Positions 9,396 through 19,301 of a stretch of 56,456 bases of DNA are shown piece after piece. The stretch lies in NCBI GenBank assembly GCA_029859805.1, contig JAOUCL010000003.1, positions 1 to 56,456 on the forward strand. The letters are read 5' to 3'. This stretch comes from Rhodospirillales bacterium. GTDB lineage: Bacteria; Pseudomonadota; Alphaproteobacteria; Kiloniellales; JAKSDN01. The notes beneath the pieces are model-generated. The model was not told the origin of the DNA, did not search any database, and was given only the letters and a program-made list of their open reading frames with translations. A program made the translations under genes and the position numbers. The stretch's first letter is position 1, and each line of letters opens with the position of its first letter.

Positions 9396-10718
9396 CTATT
9401 TTCCGTAGTGCCAGTTAGGCAGCCACAAGGCCAGATCTGGGAAGGCCATCGTGATACCCAGCCCCAAGCACATCACCAGCACGAATGGGATGATCGATCT
9501 ATAGATGTCACCCAGTGAAATCTCCGGCGGCGCCATGGCGCGCATCAGGAACAGGTTGTATCCGAAGGGTGGCGTCATGTAGGCGATCTGGCAGGTGATC
9601 GTATAAAGAACGCCGTACCAGATCAGGTCGAACCCGAGAGCTCCGACCAGCGGCACATAGAGCGGCGCGACGATGACCAGCATGGCCGTGTCGTCCAGAA
9701 ACATGCCCATCACGATGTAGGAAATCTGCATCATGATCAGAATTTCCCACGGGCTCAGTCCCAACCGGCCGACGAACAAGCTCTCGATCGACTTTACCGC
9801 CCCGAGCCCGTCGAACACCGCCCCGAAACACAGCGCTGCCAGAATGATCCACATGAACATGCAGGTCACCGACAGTGTCTTGCGGAGCGTTTCCTCCATG
9901 ACCTGCTTGTTCAGCCGACCTTTCACCAGCGCGGCCAGCGTGGCGGTGGCAGCCCCCACGGCGGAACTTTCGACCAGGCTCGTGACTCCCATGAGAAACA
10001 GGCCCGTCATCGAAAAGAAGATCAGAAGCGGCAGGATGCCCGCCCGCAGCAGGGCGAACTTTCGGCTCCAGGGAATGTTGCGCTCCGCTTCGGAGAGCGG
10101 CGGACCGAGTTTCGGTTGAAGACGGCAGCGGACAGCGATGTAGAGAACAAACAGGCCGGCCATCATGAGCCCCGGGAACACGCCGGCCAGCCACAATTGG
10201 CCGACCGGCTGACGGGCGATCATGCCGTAGAGCACGAGAACGACGCTGGGCGGAACAAGGATGCCGAGCGAACTGCCGGCCTGGATGACGCCCGTCACCA
10301 TCACCTTGTCGTAGTTCCGCCGGAGCAGCTCCGGCAGCGCGATGGTCGCGCCGATGGCCATGCCGGCAACCGAAAGGCCGTTCATCGCCGAAATGATCAC
10401 CATCAGGCCGATGGTTCCGATCGCCAGACCGCCGTGGACAGGCCCCATCCAGACATGAAACATCTCATAGAGATCGTCCGCGATGCGGGACTCCGACATG
10501 ATGTAGCCCATGTAGATGAACATCGGCAGGGTCATCAGCGGATACCATTTCATCAACTTCATGGCGGCGCTGAATGCCAGCTCCGCGCCGCCGTCGCCCC
10601 ATAACAGGAATGCTGCCATTGCCGCGACGAAGCCAATTGCGCCGAAGACGCGCTGCCCGGTCAAAAGCAAGCCCATCATGCCGAGGAACATGACGAGTGC
10701 GATCATGTCGTAACTCAT
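9396..10718 (-). CDS. dctM: TRAP transporter large permease
   Basis: Polytopic membrane protein with LGILVPPS, GMFLDD, YMTPPFGYNLF; ATG overlaps the dctQ stop. Confidence 0.92.
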   Translation of the reverse strand: MSYDMIALVMFLGMMGLLLTGQRVFGAIGFVAAMAAFLLWGDGGAELAFSAAMKLMKWYPLMTLPMFIYMGYIMSESRIADDLYEMFHVWMGPVHGGLAIGTIGLMVIISAMNGLSVAGMAIGATIALPELLRRNYDKVMVTGVIQAGSSLGILVPPSVVLVLYGMIARQPVGQLWLAGVFPGLMMAGLFVLYIAVRCRLQPKLGPPLSEAERNIPWSRKFALLRAGILPLLIFFSMTGLFLMGVTSLVESSAVGAATATLAALVKGRLNKQVMEETLRKTLSVTCMFMWIILAALCFGAVFDGLGAVKSIESLFVGRLGLSPWEILIMMQISYIVMGMFLDDTAMLVIVAPLYVPLVGALGFDLIWYGVLYTITCQIAYMTPPFGYNLFLMRAMAPPEISLGDIYRSIIPFVLVMCLGLGITMAFPDLALWLPNWHYGK

Positions 10719-11224
10719 GACAGCGGCTCTCCCCTGGCCGCGGCCAGGTCCTTGAAGAACTGTGCGATCGCCTGCAGCAGCATCAAGACGATGCCGAAGG
10801 TCATGGTGACTTTGACGGGCCACATGTAGGGCCGCCACGACGAATAACTGCGCTCGCCGTATTCGAGTGCGTAGTAGGTGCTGGAGAGGCTGCCGTAGAG
10901 CAGCAGGACTAGGTATCCAACCAGGAACAGCGACGTGAAGACGTCCCACTTGCTCTGGGTGCGTTCCGACCAACGGCCGTACAGCAAATCCATGCGTACA
11001 TGGCCATTGAGTTGAATCGAGTAGGCGCCGCCCAGCAGGAAGTAGGCGGCCATCAGAAACTGAGCGAACTCCAACGTCCAGAGGGCGGGCACGAAGAAGG
11101 TCTTCGAAACCGAAGAGTAGAACAGCACGCCCATCATGGCGAAGATCATGTAGATCGTCGCCCGGCCGATGAGCCAGTTCAGCCTCTCAACCCTTCGAAC
11201 GTAGCTTTTTACCCAGTTCGGCAT
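10715..11224 (-). CDS. dctQ: TRAP transporter small permease
   Basis: Four TM segments, GHVRMDLLY motif. Confidence 0.9.
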   Translation of the reverse strand: MPNWVKSYVRRVERLNWLIGRATIYMIFAMMGVLFYSSVSKTFFVPALWTLEFAQFLMAAYFLLGGAYSIQLNGHVRMDLLYGRWSERTQSKWDVFTSLFLVGYLVLLLYGSLSSTYYALEYGERSYSSWRPYMWPVKVTMTFGIVLMLLQAIAQFFKDLAAARGEPLS

Positions 11225-11372
11225 TGGATCCCTCTCGTATCACAGGGGTTCCGCGCGGTAAGGGCTGACGGCCCCAAGCAGACACCAAGAAATCTCTTTC
11301 CCTGTTTCTCTCCCCATTCGTTGTTCAGTGAAGCACAGAATGAGAGGTTGTAATACCGGTCATTGGTTGTTC

Positions 11373-12149
11373 TCAGGTTCCAACAAGCATCCCATTGTCG
11401 ACGAACAGGGTTTCGCCATTGACGAAGCTCGCATCGCTGCTCGCCAGAAACAGCGCCACGTTGGCTACTTCTTCGGGCTCGCAAATTCGTCCCTGAAGAC
11501 GGCAGAGATCCTCTTCCGACACATCCACGCCATAGCCGCGCAACTCTTTCAGTTCGCGAATGCCGTGGTCGGTTCTGATGAATCCGGGACACACCGCGTT
11601 GCAACGAATGCCGCGGTCGCGGTATTCCGTTGCGATCGCGCGCGTAAACATGTGACAGGCGCCCTTGCTCGTACAGTAGAGCACCTCCATCGGCGTCCCT
11701 GCGACAGCCGAAATCGACGAGGTGTTCACGATCGAACCACCATCGTTGCTCAACATGGAGGGGAGAACCGCACGCGTCATAAGATACATGGATTTGACGT
11801 TGACGTTCATCATCCAGTCCCACTCGAGTTCGGTGGTCTCCAGGAAGGGCTTGATGATCACCGTGCCCGCGTGATTGAAGAGAACGTCGATGCGGTTTTC
11901 GAATCGCTTGTTCACCTCGGCGATTGCCGCCTGCACGTCATCGGCCGAAGAGACATCCGCTCTGACAAAGAATGCGGTTCCGTTGTTATGGCGTATTGCA
12001 TCGGCTCTTGCCGCGCCGGCTTCTTCCTGCACATCGATGATCGCAACGTTCGCTCCTTCGCGGGCAAAGATCTCCGACGCGGCACCGCCCACGCCGGCCG
12101 CACCGCCGGAGATCACAGCGTTCTTGCCCTCAAGCCGTCCGTTCGACAT
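11373..12149 (-). CDS. Short-chain dehydrogenase/reductase
   Basis: SGGAAGVG, NHAG, YCTSKG, NAVCPG; GGAG RBS before MSNGRL. Confidence 0.9.
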   Translation of the reverse strand: MSNGRLEGKNAVISGGAAGVGGAASEIFAREGANVAIIDVQEEAGAARADAIRHNNGTAFFVRADVSSADDVQAAIAEVNKRFENRIDVLFNHAGTVIIKPFLETTELEWDWMMNVNVKSMYLMTRAVLPSMLSNDGGSIVNTSSISAVAGTPMEVLYCTSKGACHMFTRAIATEYRDRGIRCNAVCPGFIRTDHGIRELKELRGYGVDVSEEDLCRLQGRICEPEEVANVALFLASSDASFVNGETLFVDNGMLVGT

Positions 12150-12492
12150 GGATTTTCTCCTGTTGGACAATCGATCACGTTTCTAGCTTCGCTTGCTTGC
12201 CTCGACAGCCGGACTTCATGGCTCCCTTTCGCATCGGCACGGAGAGGATGACGAACACGACGAGGCCCAATCCGCCGGCGAGGGGCGCGGGACCGGACAG
12301 TTCGAGGCGTAGGGGCCGGGAAGACCGGCAGAATCACCGTCCGGGGGTCCGTCTGTTCTTACCGCGCCATGGCGATTCGTCCGTTAATGGATCGACCCCG
12401 ACCGTTTCGTCAGGTTCCTTCTCTTCGGCATCGTGGACAATGTTTCCACAACATCAGCAAACGAGACAACTCCCCTATATGGCAAGCGCCAT

Positions 12493-12531
12493 TACTCTCA
12501 TTGGGGTATGGCAAATACCCCTAAGGGAGTA
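12493..12531. promoter_or_regulatory. Two tandem 7-2-7 imperfect palindromes (NarL/LuxR-type operator-like)
   Basis: TACTCTCATTGGGGTA (12493-12508) and TACCCCTAAGGGAGTA (12516-12531), 23 bp apart, between the divergent SDR and LuxR genes. Confidence 0.6.
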
Positions 12532-12710
12532 GAAGGTCGTCCATTGCTCCGACTTTGGCGGGCAGCCCCACCCTGATTTTCGCACGCCATAAGCGAGACC
12601 CCCGCGTATGCTTTTGGTGACAGCCAAGTCGCCGAGAACTTGATCCGCCATTCCATCACTCGACCGCTTTCCTGTATTGAGCCAAAGAGCATGTCTGGTA
12701 ATGTTGTTGC

Positions 12711-13607
12711 ATGAAGCAAAGAATGCTGGCCAAGGATAGACTCAGCGCCAAGAACTTGGTGCAAGGTGCGAGGTCCGGGTTTGATTGGTATCACCAGATC
12801 GGAGACATAATCGCGAATAGCGATCTCCCAACTCTACCTGAGATTTTGGTGACTTCGATCAAGAACGTCATTGAATTCGAGCACGCGGTTATTTTCGGTT
12901 ATCCGGTGGGCAGTAGACCGGTATTCCTCTATGACGGTTTCAGCAGCGCGCACAAGAAGTCCTCGGTGGCGCCCTATCTGAACGGCAGCTATCTGGTCGA
13001 TCCGTTCTTCGATGCCTGCGTGAAGCAGATCGAACCTGCGCTCTATCGGATGCGGGATCTTGCGCCGGACGATTTCTACGCAAATGTCGGTGCTCATCCG
13101 GGCTATGTTTCTCCCTGCATCTCGCACGAACCTGGGTATCTATCCGAAGAAATAGGCTTCTTCGCACGCAACGAATACGGTACCTACATTGTCCTCTCAT
13201 TGATGCGGCCGCACGATGCGCCGCCATTCAGCTCGGCGGAGTTTGCGTGGCTGGTGCGCATCGAGCCGGTCGTCCGTTCGACCCTGGCCCATCATTGGCG
13301 CGAACTGGGCTCGAAAGAGGTCTCCGAACCGAGCGGCGCCTGTCTCAGCAGTTTCGTGGAAGGCACATTCAGAACTTTCGGAGACCCGGTCCTGACCTCT
13401 CGCGAACAGGACGTTGCACGTCTAATCCTTCGAGGCCACTCGTCTGAATCTATTGCTCGACACCTCGGAATCACGACGGCGACGGTCAAGATACATAGAC
13501 GCAATCTATATGCGAAATTGAATATATCGTCGCTATCAGAGCTTTTCGCGCTTTTTATCGACGTCCTCTCGACCGCGTCACCGGTCGAGAATGGCGCCGG
13601 GCGGTAA
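12711..13607 (+). CDS. LuxR-family HTH transcriptional regulator
   Basis: C-terminal LTSREQDVARLILRGHSSESIARHLGI...TVKIHRRNLYAKLNI; N-terminal sensor with YLVDPF. Start codon uncertain. Confidence 0.88.
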   Translation: MKQRMLAKDRLSAKNLVQGARSGFDWYHQIGDIIANSDLPTLPEILVTSIKNVIEFEHAVIFGYPVGSRPVFLYDGFSSAHKKSSVAPYLNGSYLVDPFFDACVKQIEPALYRMRDLAPDDFYANVGAHPGYVSPCISHEPGYLSEEIGFFARNEYGTYIVLSLMRPHDAPPFSSAEFAWLVRIEPVVRSTLAHHWRELGSKEVSEPSGACLSSFVEGTFRTFGDPVLTSREQDVARLILRGHSSESIARHLGITTATVKIHRRNLYAKLNISSLSELFALFIDVLSTASPVENGAGR

Positions 13608-13860
13608 AGCAGAATAGCAAAGACGGTTCCCGATGTCGGTGACGAATTGAAAGAGAGAGGACCGCTCCGATTGACGGTCGAGAATAACTCGTTCGTCCGC
13701 TTATCTGTAGTACAAGCCGGCAGAGGGCGATACCGTATCTGGAACTGGCGGGCCCGGCAGAGCGGTGCGGGGGTTGATCTTTTTCCAGACATTTCCCAGG
13801 CCAGGAACCGAACGCGATGCGCTTCGCGACAACGCGGATGCGCACGAAAGAGGAGGCACA

Positions 13861-15228
13861 ATGAACGGCAAGCTTGATCTGGAGACCCTGAAGCGCCTGG
13901 TCGAGGCCGGCGAGATCGACACCGTGGTGGTGGCCATGACCGACATGCAGGGCCGCCTCTTGGGCAAGCGCGTCGCCGCCCGTTTTTTCCTCGACAGCGT
14001 CGTCGAAGAGACCCAAGGCTGCGACTACCTGCTGACCGTCGACATGGAGATGGAGCCGGTGCCTGGCTACGAAGCAGCCTCCTGGGCGCTCGGCTACGGC
14101 GACTTCGTGTTCAAGCCGGACATGAATACGCTGAGACGCATCCCCTGGCTCGAGGGTACCGCGCTGGTGCTCTGCGACGTGCTCGACCACCACACGCACG
14201 AGGACCTGCCCCACTCGCCGCGCGCGATCCTCAGGAAACAGCTGAAGCGCCTGGCCGACAAGGGCTGGAAGGCCTACATGGCCTCGGAGCTCGAGTTCTA
14301 TGTGATCGACGAGCCCTACGACGTGGCGCGCGAGAAGGACTACAAGGGCCTCAAGCACGCCGGCTGGTACATCGAGGACTACCACGTCTTCCAGACCACC
14401 AAGGAAGAGCCGCTGATCCGCGCCATCCGCAACGGCATGGAGAACTGCGGCATCCCGGTCGAGGTCTCCAAGGGCGAATGGGGGCCCGGTCAGGAGGAGA
14501 TCAATCTGCGCTATGCAGAGGCGCTCGAGATGGCCGACCGTCACGTGATCTACAAGAACGGCGCCAAGGAGATCGCGCATCTGCAGGGCAAGGCCATCAC
14601 CTTCATGGCCAAGCTGGCCTACGACCTGGCCGGCAGCTCCTGCCACCTGCACTCCTCGCTGTGGGACGCGGCCAAGGAAAAGCCGCTTTTCGCCGACAAG
14701 GCGGCCGAGCACGGCATGTCCAAGCTCTTCCGGCACTACCTGGCCGGACAGCTTGCCTGCGCGCCGGCCATGACCTATTTCTTCGCGCCCACCATTAACT
14801 CCTACAAGCGCTTCCAGGCCGGCTCCTTCGCGCCGACCAAATCGGCCTGGAGCATGGACAACCGTACCGCCGGCTTCCGCATCCTTGGCCCCGGCGCCGG
14901 CACGCGGGTCGAGTGCCGGATTCCGGGCGCCGATTGCAATCCCTACCTGGCCTTCGCGGTGACCCTGGCCGCCGGGCTGCACGGCATCGAGCAGGAGCTC
15001 GACCCCGGCCCGGCTTACGAGGGCAACCTTTACGAGGGCGAGGACGTGCCGGACGTGCCCAAGACCTTGAGGGCCGCGCTCCGGGCGCTCGACGAGTCCG
15101 AGGTCATGCGCGAGGCGCTGGGCGACCAGGTGGTCGAGCACTACCTGCACGCCGGCCGGTGGGAGCAGCAGGAGTACGACCGCCGAGTCACCGACTGGGA
15201 GGTGATCCGCAACTTCGAGCGGGCGTGA
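13861..15228 (+). CDS. Glutamine synthetase-like protein (probable gamma-glutamyl-amine ligase, PuuA/IpuC-like)
   Basis: DMQGRLLGKR, ELEF, EWGPGQEEINL, GSSCHLHSSL, NSYKRF, DNRT, ECRIPGADCNPY; GAGGAGG RBS. Confidence 0.88.
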   Translation: MNGKLDLETLKRLVEAGEIDTVVVAMTDMQGRLLGKRVAARFFLDSVVEETQGCDYLLTVDMEMEPVPGYEAASWALGYGDFVFKPDMNTLRRIPWLEGTALVLCDVLDHHTHEDLPHSPRAILRKQLKRLADKGWKAYMASELEFYVIDEPYDVAREKDYKGLKHAGWYIEDYHVFQTTKEEPLIRAIRNGMENCGIPVEVSKGEWGPGQEEINLRYAEALEMADRHVIYKNGAKEIAHLQGKAITFMAKLAYDLAGSSCHLHSSLWDAAKEKPLFADKAAEHGMSKLFRHYLAGQLACAPAMTYFFAPTINSYKRFQAGSFAPTKSAWSMDNRTAGFRILGPGAGTRVECRIPGADCNPYLAFAVTLAAGLHGIEQELDPGPAYEGNLYEGEDVPDVPKTLRAALRALDESEVMREALGDQVVEHYLHAGRWEQQEYDRRVTDWEVIRNFERA

Positions 15229-15273
15229 GGCGGCTTTCCCAGCCCGCGCTGATGACCGCGGAGGGAAGAGCGA

Positions 15274-16773
15274 ATGCCCCAGAAGCATAAGCAGGCCATC
15301 GGCGGCGTCCGATACGGCAAACCCCGCAAGACGTACCTCGCGAAGCGCGGCCTCCGAGGCTATGCCGGCGTCTGGTCGCTCTGGGCGCTGGGGGTCGGGG
15401 CGGCCGTCTCCGGCGATTTCTTTGGTTGGCATTTCGGCCTGGAGGTCGGCGGGTTCGGCGGCCTGCTTATCGCCAGCGTCATCGTCGCCGTCATGTACCT
15501 GGGCCTGTGCTGCTCGGTCGCCGAGATGTCGGCCGCCTTGCCCTACGCAGGCGGCGCCTATGCCTTCGCCCGCGCGGCCATGGGGCCCTGGGGCGGCTTC
15601 CTCGCGGGCATCAGCCAGACCGTGGCCTTCGTGCTGCTCCCGGCGGTCATTGTGGTCGGGATCGGCGGTTATCTGGGAGCGATCTTCGACACGCCCGACT
15701 CCTTCGCGCCGATCTGGTGGCTGGCCACCTACGCGATCTTCGTCGGGCTCAATATCTGGGGCGCGAAGATCGCCTTCAGGGCCGCGGTGGTCCTGACCCT
15801 GGCCGCGCTGGCGATTCTGGCGATCTTCGCGGTCGGCGCCGTTCCGCACTTCTCCTGGGACATGGCGCTGGACATCGCGCCGGACACCGTGGGCGGCAGT
15901 TCCTTCCTGCCGGGGGGCGTCTGGGGCATCGCCGCCGCTCTGCCCTTTGCGATCTGGTTCTACCTGGCCGTCGACCAGATGCCGCTGGCTGCCGAGGATG
16001 CGCAGGATCCTGGAAGGGACATACCGAGAGGCATCCTGCTGGGGTTCGCGACCTTGACCGTCACGGGCATGCTGGTTCTCTTCCTCGCCGCCGGCATGGC
16101 GCCGGGCGTGGCACGGCTGGCCGGGTCCAAGGAACCCCTGTTCCTCGGTTTCCAGACGATTTTCGGTGCGGGCCTCGACGTCAAGGTCCTGGCGCTGATC
16201 CTCCTGGCCGCTCCTGTCGCCAGCTTCCACGCGATCGTCTTCGCCTACGGCCGGAACATCTATGCGCTCTCGCGGGCGGGCTACTTCCCGCGCTGGCTGT
16301 CGATCACCCACGACAAGCACAAGACCCCGCATTTCGCGCTCATCGCGGGCGCGACGATCGGCTACGTGGCGTCCGCCTTGATCTATTTCTCGGAGGCGAT
16401 TTTCGGAACCCCGCTCGTGGGGGCGGTGCTGCTCAACATGGCGGTCTTCGGCGCGGTGATCTCCTATGCCATGCAGGCAATGTCCTTCGTCATGCTGCGC
16501 CAGCAGCTGCCCGACATGGCGCGGCCCTTCCGCAGCCCGCTGGGCGAGCCCGGCGCCTGGGCCGCCCTGATCATCGCCCTCGTCACCTTCGTCTTCCTGT
16601 TCGCCGAGCCGGCCTACAGGCCGGGAGCGATCGGCTGCGCGATCTGGTACGCGCTGGCGCTGATCTACTTCGCGGTCCATGGCCGCAAGGCCCTGGTGCT
16701 CGCACCGGAGGAGGTCGCCGCCCTCGAAGCCTACGCGGCACCGCCAGGCAAGGCCATGGACGCGCAGGGCTGA
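15274..16773 (+). CDS. APC-family amino acid/amine permease (ethanolamine permease-like)
   Basis: LWALGVGAAVSGDFFGW, AGGAYAFA, PFAIWFYL, RPFRSP; about 12 TM segments. Confidence 0.85.
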   Translation: MPQKHKQAIGGVRYGKPRKTYLAKRGLRGYAGVWSLWALGVGAAVSGDFFGWHFGLEVGGFGGLLIASVIVAVMYLGLCCSVAEMSAALPYAGGAYAFARAAMGPWGGFLAGISQTVAFVLLPAVIVVGIGGYLGAIFDTPDSFAPIWWLATYAIFVGLNIWGAKIAFRAAVVLTLAALAILAIFAVGAVPHFSWDMALDIAPDTVGGSSFLPGGVWGIAAALPFAIWFYLAVDQMPLAAEDAQDPGRDIPRGILLGFATLTVTGMLVLFLAAGMAPGVARLAGSKEPLFLGFQTIFGAGLDVKVLALILLAAPVASFHAIVFAYGRNIYALSRAGYFPRWLSITHDKHKTPHFALIAGATIGYVASALIYFSEAIFGTPLVGAVLLNMAVFGAVISYAMQAMSFVMLRQQLPDMARPFRSPLGEPGAWAALIIALVTFVFLFAEPAYRPGAIGCAIWYALALIYFAVHGRKALVLAPEEVAALEAYAAPPGKAMDAQG

Positions 16774-16792
16774 GCTGCCGCCCCGTGCTGCG

Positions 16793-18445
16793 CTACCGCG
16801 GCCAGGTTTTTCGCGCCGCCTCCCACCAAGCGCGCCAAGCCGCCGGATCGAAGCCGAAGCGCTCACCTGTCAAGGCCGTAAGCGCGCCGACCAGATCGCC
16901 GAGGAGCCAAGGCGGATCACCGGGGCGCTCCAGGCGGTCGATCAGGGCGTCGAGGGTCTCCCGGTCGTCCTGGCCGATCTCGCCCGCCGCCCAGATCGCA
17001 GCCGGCGCGGTCTCGAAATACTTCTCGCTCCGGTTGGCCGGCGCGGTCCAGGGTTCGGCGATCAGCTCGGCCGGCACGCGGCCCTCGCCCGCCAGCGCCA
17101 TGCCCCACAATAGGGTCCAACGGGCGAGCTGTTTGGCAGTTGCGACCGTTGCCCCGCCGATCAGGGAGACCGTCATATCGGGAACGGACGCCGACAGCCG
17201 CTCGGCGAAGAACCCCGGTGGCGGCCCGGCCAGCGCGGTGCGATAGACCAGGTCGCGCAGCACCCGGCCGTGACCCCCGTAGCTCGCGGGGTCGACCAGC
17301 GCGCCGTCGAGCTCGGCCCCCATGGCCACCCAGTCACCCGGAGCGGGCGCCCGGCCGGGAAATCCTTCGAGCGGTTCCGGCTTCGTCGCAGGCGCCTCGA
17401 CCGGTGCCGGCGGCGCCGGGCCCCACAGGATGCCGCGTCCGTCGCTGCCGGCGCCGGCAACGTAGGGCCGCCCGCCGTAGAGCGCGACCGCGTGCGGCGT
17501 ACCGCCCTCGAGACGAAAGCGCGCCTTCCACCGGCGGCCGTCCGGGCTGTACCACAGCAGGCCGCCCGTGCTTTCCGCGCTGACCGTCCATAGCCCGCCC
17601 GGTCCGGCGGCCAGCCCGCGCGGCCGCCAGCCGCGGCGTGCTTCGGACACGCGCTCGCTCGCCACGCCGTCGCTACGCCAGACGGCCGCGCCGCCGGCCG
17701 TGGCAACCAGGCCGTAGAGCCGGCCGTCGCGCACGACGGGCCCCTCGACCGCCTGGCCCTTCGGCCAGCCCGGCAGGTCCTCGACGGTCTGGCCGTCGAA
17801 GCACACCAGACGCCGTCCCGCGGGGTCACGCAGCCCACCCACGAGGCTCCCGCCTAGACCGGCCAGTGTCGTGATCCGGCTGACCCGGCGGTCGGGCGTG
17901 GGATGGTCGTAGGCCGGCCGCCAAGTCACGCCGCCATCTTCCGAGACCTGCAGCCCGGCGCGCCACGCCGAGGTCGCAGCGACCAGCCGGCCGTCGAGCC
18001 CGGCGAGCGCGTGGGTGTGGAAGGCCCGGGCGCTTGGGATCACGCCGCTGCGCCAGCGCGCGCCGTCGGTCACCGCGAAGCGTCCCCAGCCGAGGCTGAA
18101 GCGCGAGTCCTCGTAGGGCCAGTAGAGCAGCCCGCCAAAGACCACCGGCAGGCCGGCGTCCTGGCTGAACAGATGGCGCTCGTAGCGCAGAGCGCCATCC
18201 CCCGGATCGTAGCTGTAGATCTCCGCGCTGTTGTGGTTGACGCCCTTGACGCTGTTCGTGAGCCAGAGCCGACCGCCGTAGCCGATCAGATTTGAGACGA
18301 CCGGCCAGGGCCCGAGGCGCGCCAGAATCGGCAAGGCCTCCTGGGCATGAGCGGGCGCGGCTGCCGTCCAGAGCAAAGCGGCCGCCAACAGCCTCCCGAC
18401 AGCCCTGCACCGCCGCCTATCACGCTCGCCCCCGTTACCGCTCAT
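16793..18445 (-). CDS. Secreted hypothetical protein (beta-propeller-like N-region, HEAT-like C-terminus)
   Basis: Signal peptide ending PAHA, an Asp-box-like SEDGGVTW and a YSPDGRRW, C-terminal LTGERFGFDPAAWRAWW; host-like codon usage. Confidence 0.7.
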   Translation of the reverse strand: MSGNGGERDRRRCRAVGRLLAAALLWTAAAPAHAQEALPILARLGPWPVVSNLIGYGGRLWLTNSVKGVNHNSAEIYSYDPGDGALRYERHLFSQDAGLPVVFGGLLYWPYEDSRFSLGWGRFAVTDGARWRSGVIPSARAFHTHALAGLDGRLVAATSAWRAGLQVSEDGGVTWRPAYDHPTPDRRVSRITTLAGLGGSLVGGLRDPAGRRLVCFDGQTVEDLPGWPKGQAVEGPVVRDGRLYGLVATAGGAAVWRSDGVASERVSEARRGWRPRGLAAGPGGLWTVSAESTGGLLWYSPDGRRWKARFRLEGGTPHAVALYGGRPYVAGAGSDGRGILWGPAPPAPVEAPATKPEPLEGFPGRAPAPGDWVAMGAELDGALVDPASYGGHGRVLRDLVYRTALAGPPPGFFAERLSASVPDMTVSLIGGATVATAKQLARWTLLWGMALAGEGRVPAELIAEPWTAPANRSEKYFETAPAAIWAAGEIGQDDRETLDALIDRLERPGDPPWLLGDLVGALTALTGERFGFDPAAWRAWWEAARKTWPR

Positions 18446-18544
18446 CGGCCCTCGGCTTCCCTTGCCCGCTCTTCGCGCATTCTATTCCTTGCGCGCCGCC
18501 CGTGGAGCCTCCTTAATTGCCGTTCTTGTGGAGGAGAGAGGACC

Positions 18545-19294
18545 ATGAGCTTCGAGGGCAAGACGGCGGTCGTGACCGGAGCGGGTGGCGGCATGGGCCT
18601 CAACGTCGCCCGCGATCTGCGCGCAGCGGGCGCAAACGTCGCGCTGATCGACCTGAAGGAGCGGCCCGAGGGCCTGGACGACGGCCCCGGGCGGGCGCTC
18701 TACCTGCAGGGCGATGTCGGCGACGATGACTTCGTCAAGGAGGCGGTCGAGCGGACTTTTGCCGAGACCGGACGGCTCGACTACCTGGTCAACGCCGCCG
18801 GCGTGCTCTGGTTCGGCCGCGACAGGTCGATGGTCGAGACCGAGCTGGAGGTCTGGGACGAGGTGCTCAGGATCAACCTCCGCTCCATGGTGCACACCGC
18901 GCGCCACGCCGTGCCGCTGATGCAGCGGAGCGGCGGCGGCGCCATGGTCCACGTCGCCTCGATCCAGGCGCTGCGGGGCGACGACAGACCCCAGGACGCC
19001 TACCAGGCCTCCAAGGCGGCGATCGTCTCGCTGTCCAAGTCGCTGGCCGTGCAGTTCGCCGCCGACGGCATCCGGTCCAACGCGCTGCTGCCCGGCGGCA
19101 CTTACTCACCGATGCAGGAGCGCTGGGACCAAGACCCGGCCATGAAGCAGGCCGCGGCCGACGGCGTGCCGCTGGGACGCGTCGGAACCACCCAGGACAT
19201 GGCCGACGCGATCCTCTTCCTGCTTTCGGACAAGGCCGCCTTCATCACGGGCACCGAGCTGATCGTCGACGGCGGGCGCACGGCGCTGCCGTAG
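18545..19294 (+). CDS. Short-chain dehydrogenase/reductase
   Basis: TGAGGGMG, NAAG, YQASK; AGAGGA RBS before ATG 18545. Confidence 0.9.
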   Translation: MSFEGKTAVVTGAGGGMGLNVARDLRAAGANVALIDLKERPEGLDDGPGRALYLQGDVGDDDFVKEAVERTFAETGRLDYLVNAAGVLWFGRDRSMVETELEVWDEVLRINLRSMVHTARHAVPLMQRSGGGAMVHVASIQALRGDDRPQDAYQASKAAIVSLSKSLAVQFAADGIRSNALLPGGTYSPMQERWDQDPAMKQAAADGVPLGRVGTTQDMADAILFLLSDKAAFITGTELIVDGGRTALP

Positions 19295-19301
19295 AGGCGA
19301 G

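Noticed and set aside
13861-15228. Calling this gene glnA (true glutamine synthetase)
   Set aside because: Sequence features and the permease context fit GS-like gamma-glutamyl ligases better than GSI.
13555-16866. 1103-aa minus-strand ORF
   Set aside because: Antisense shadow of the GS-like and permease genes; no motifs; such frames are common in high-GC DNA.
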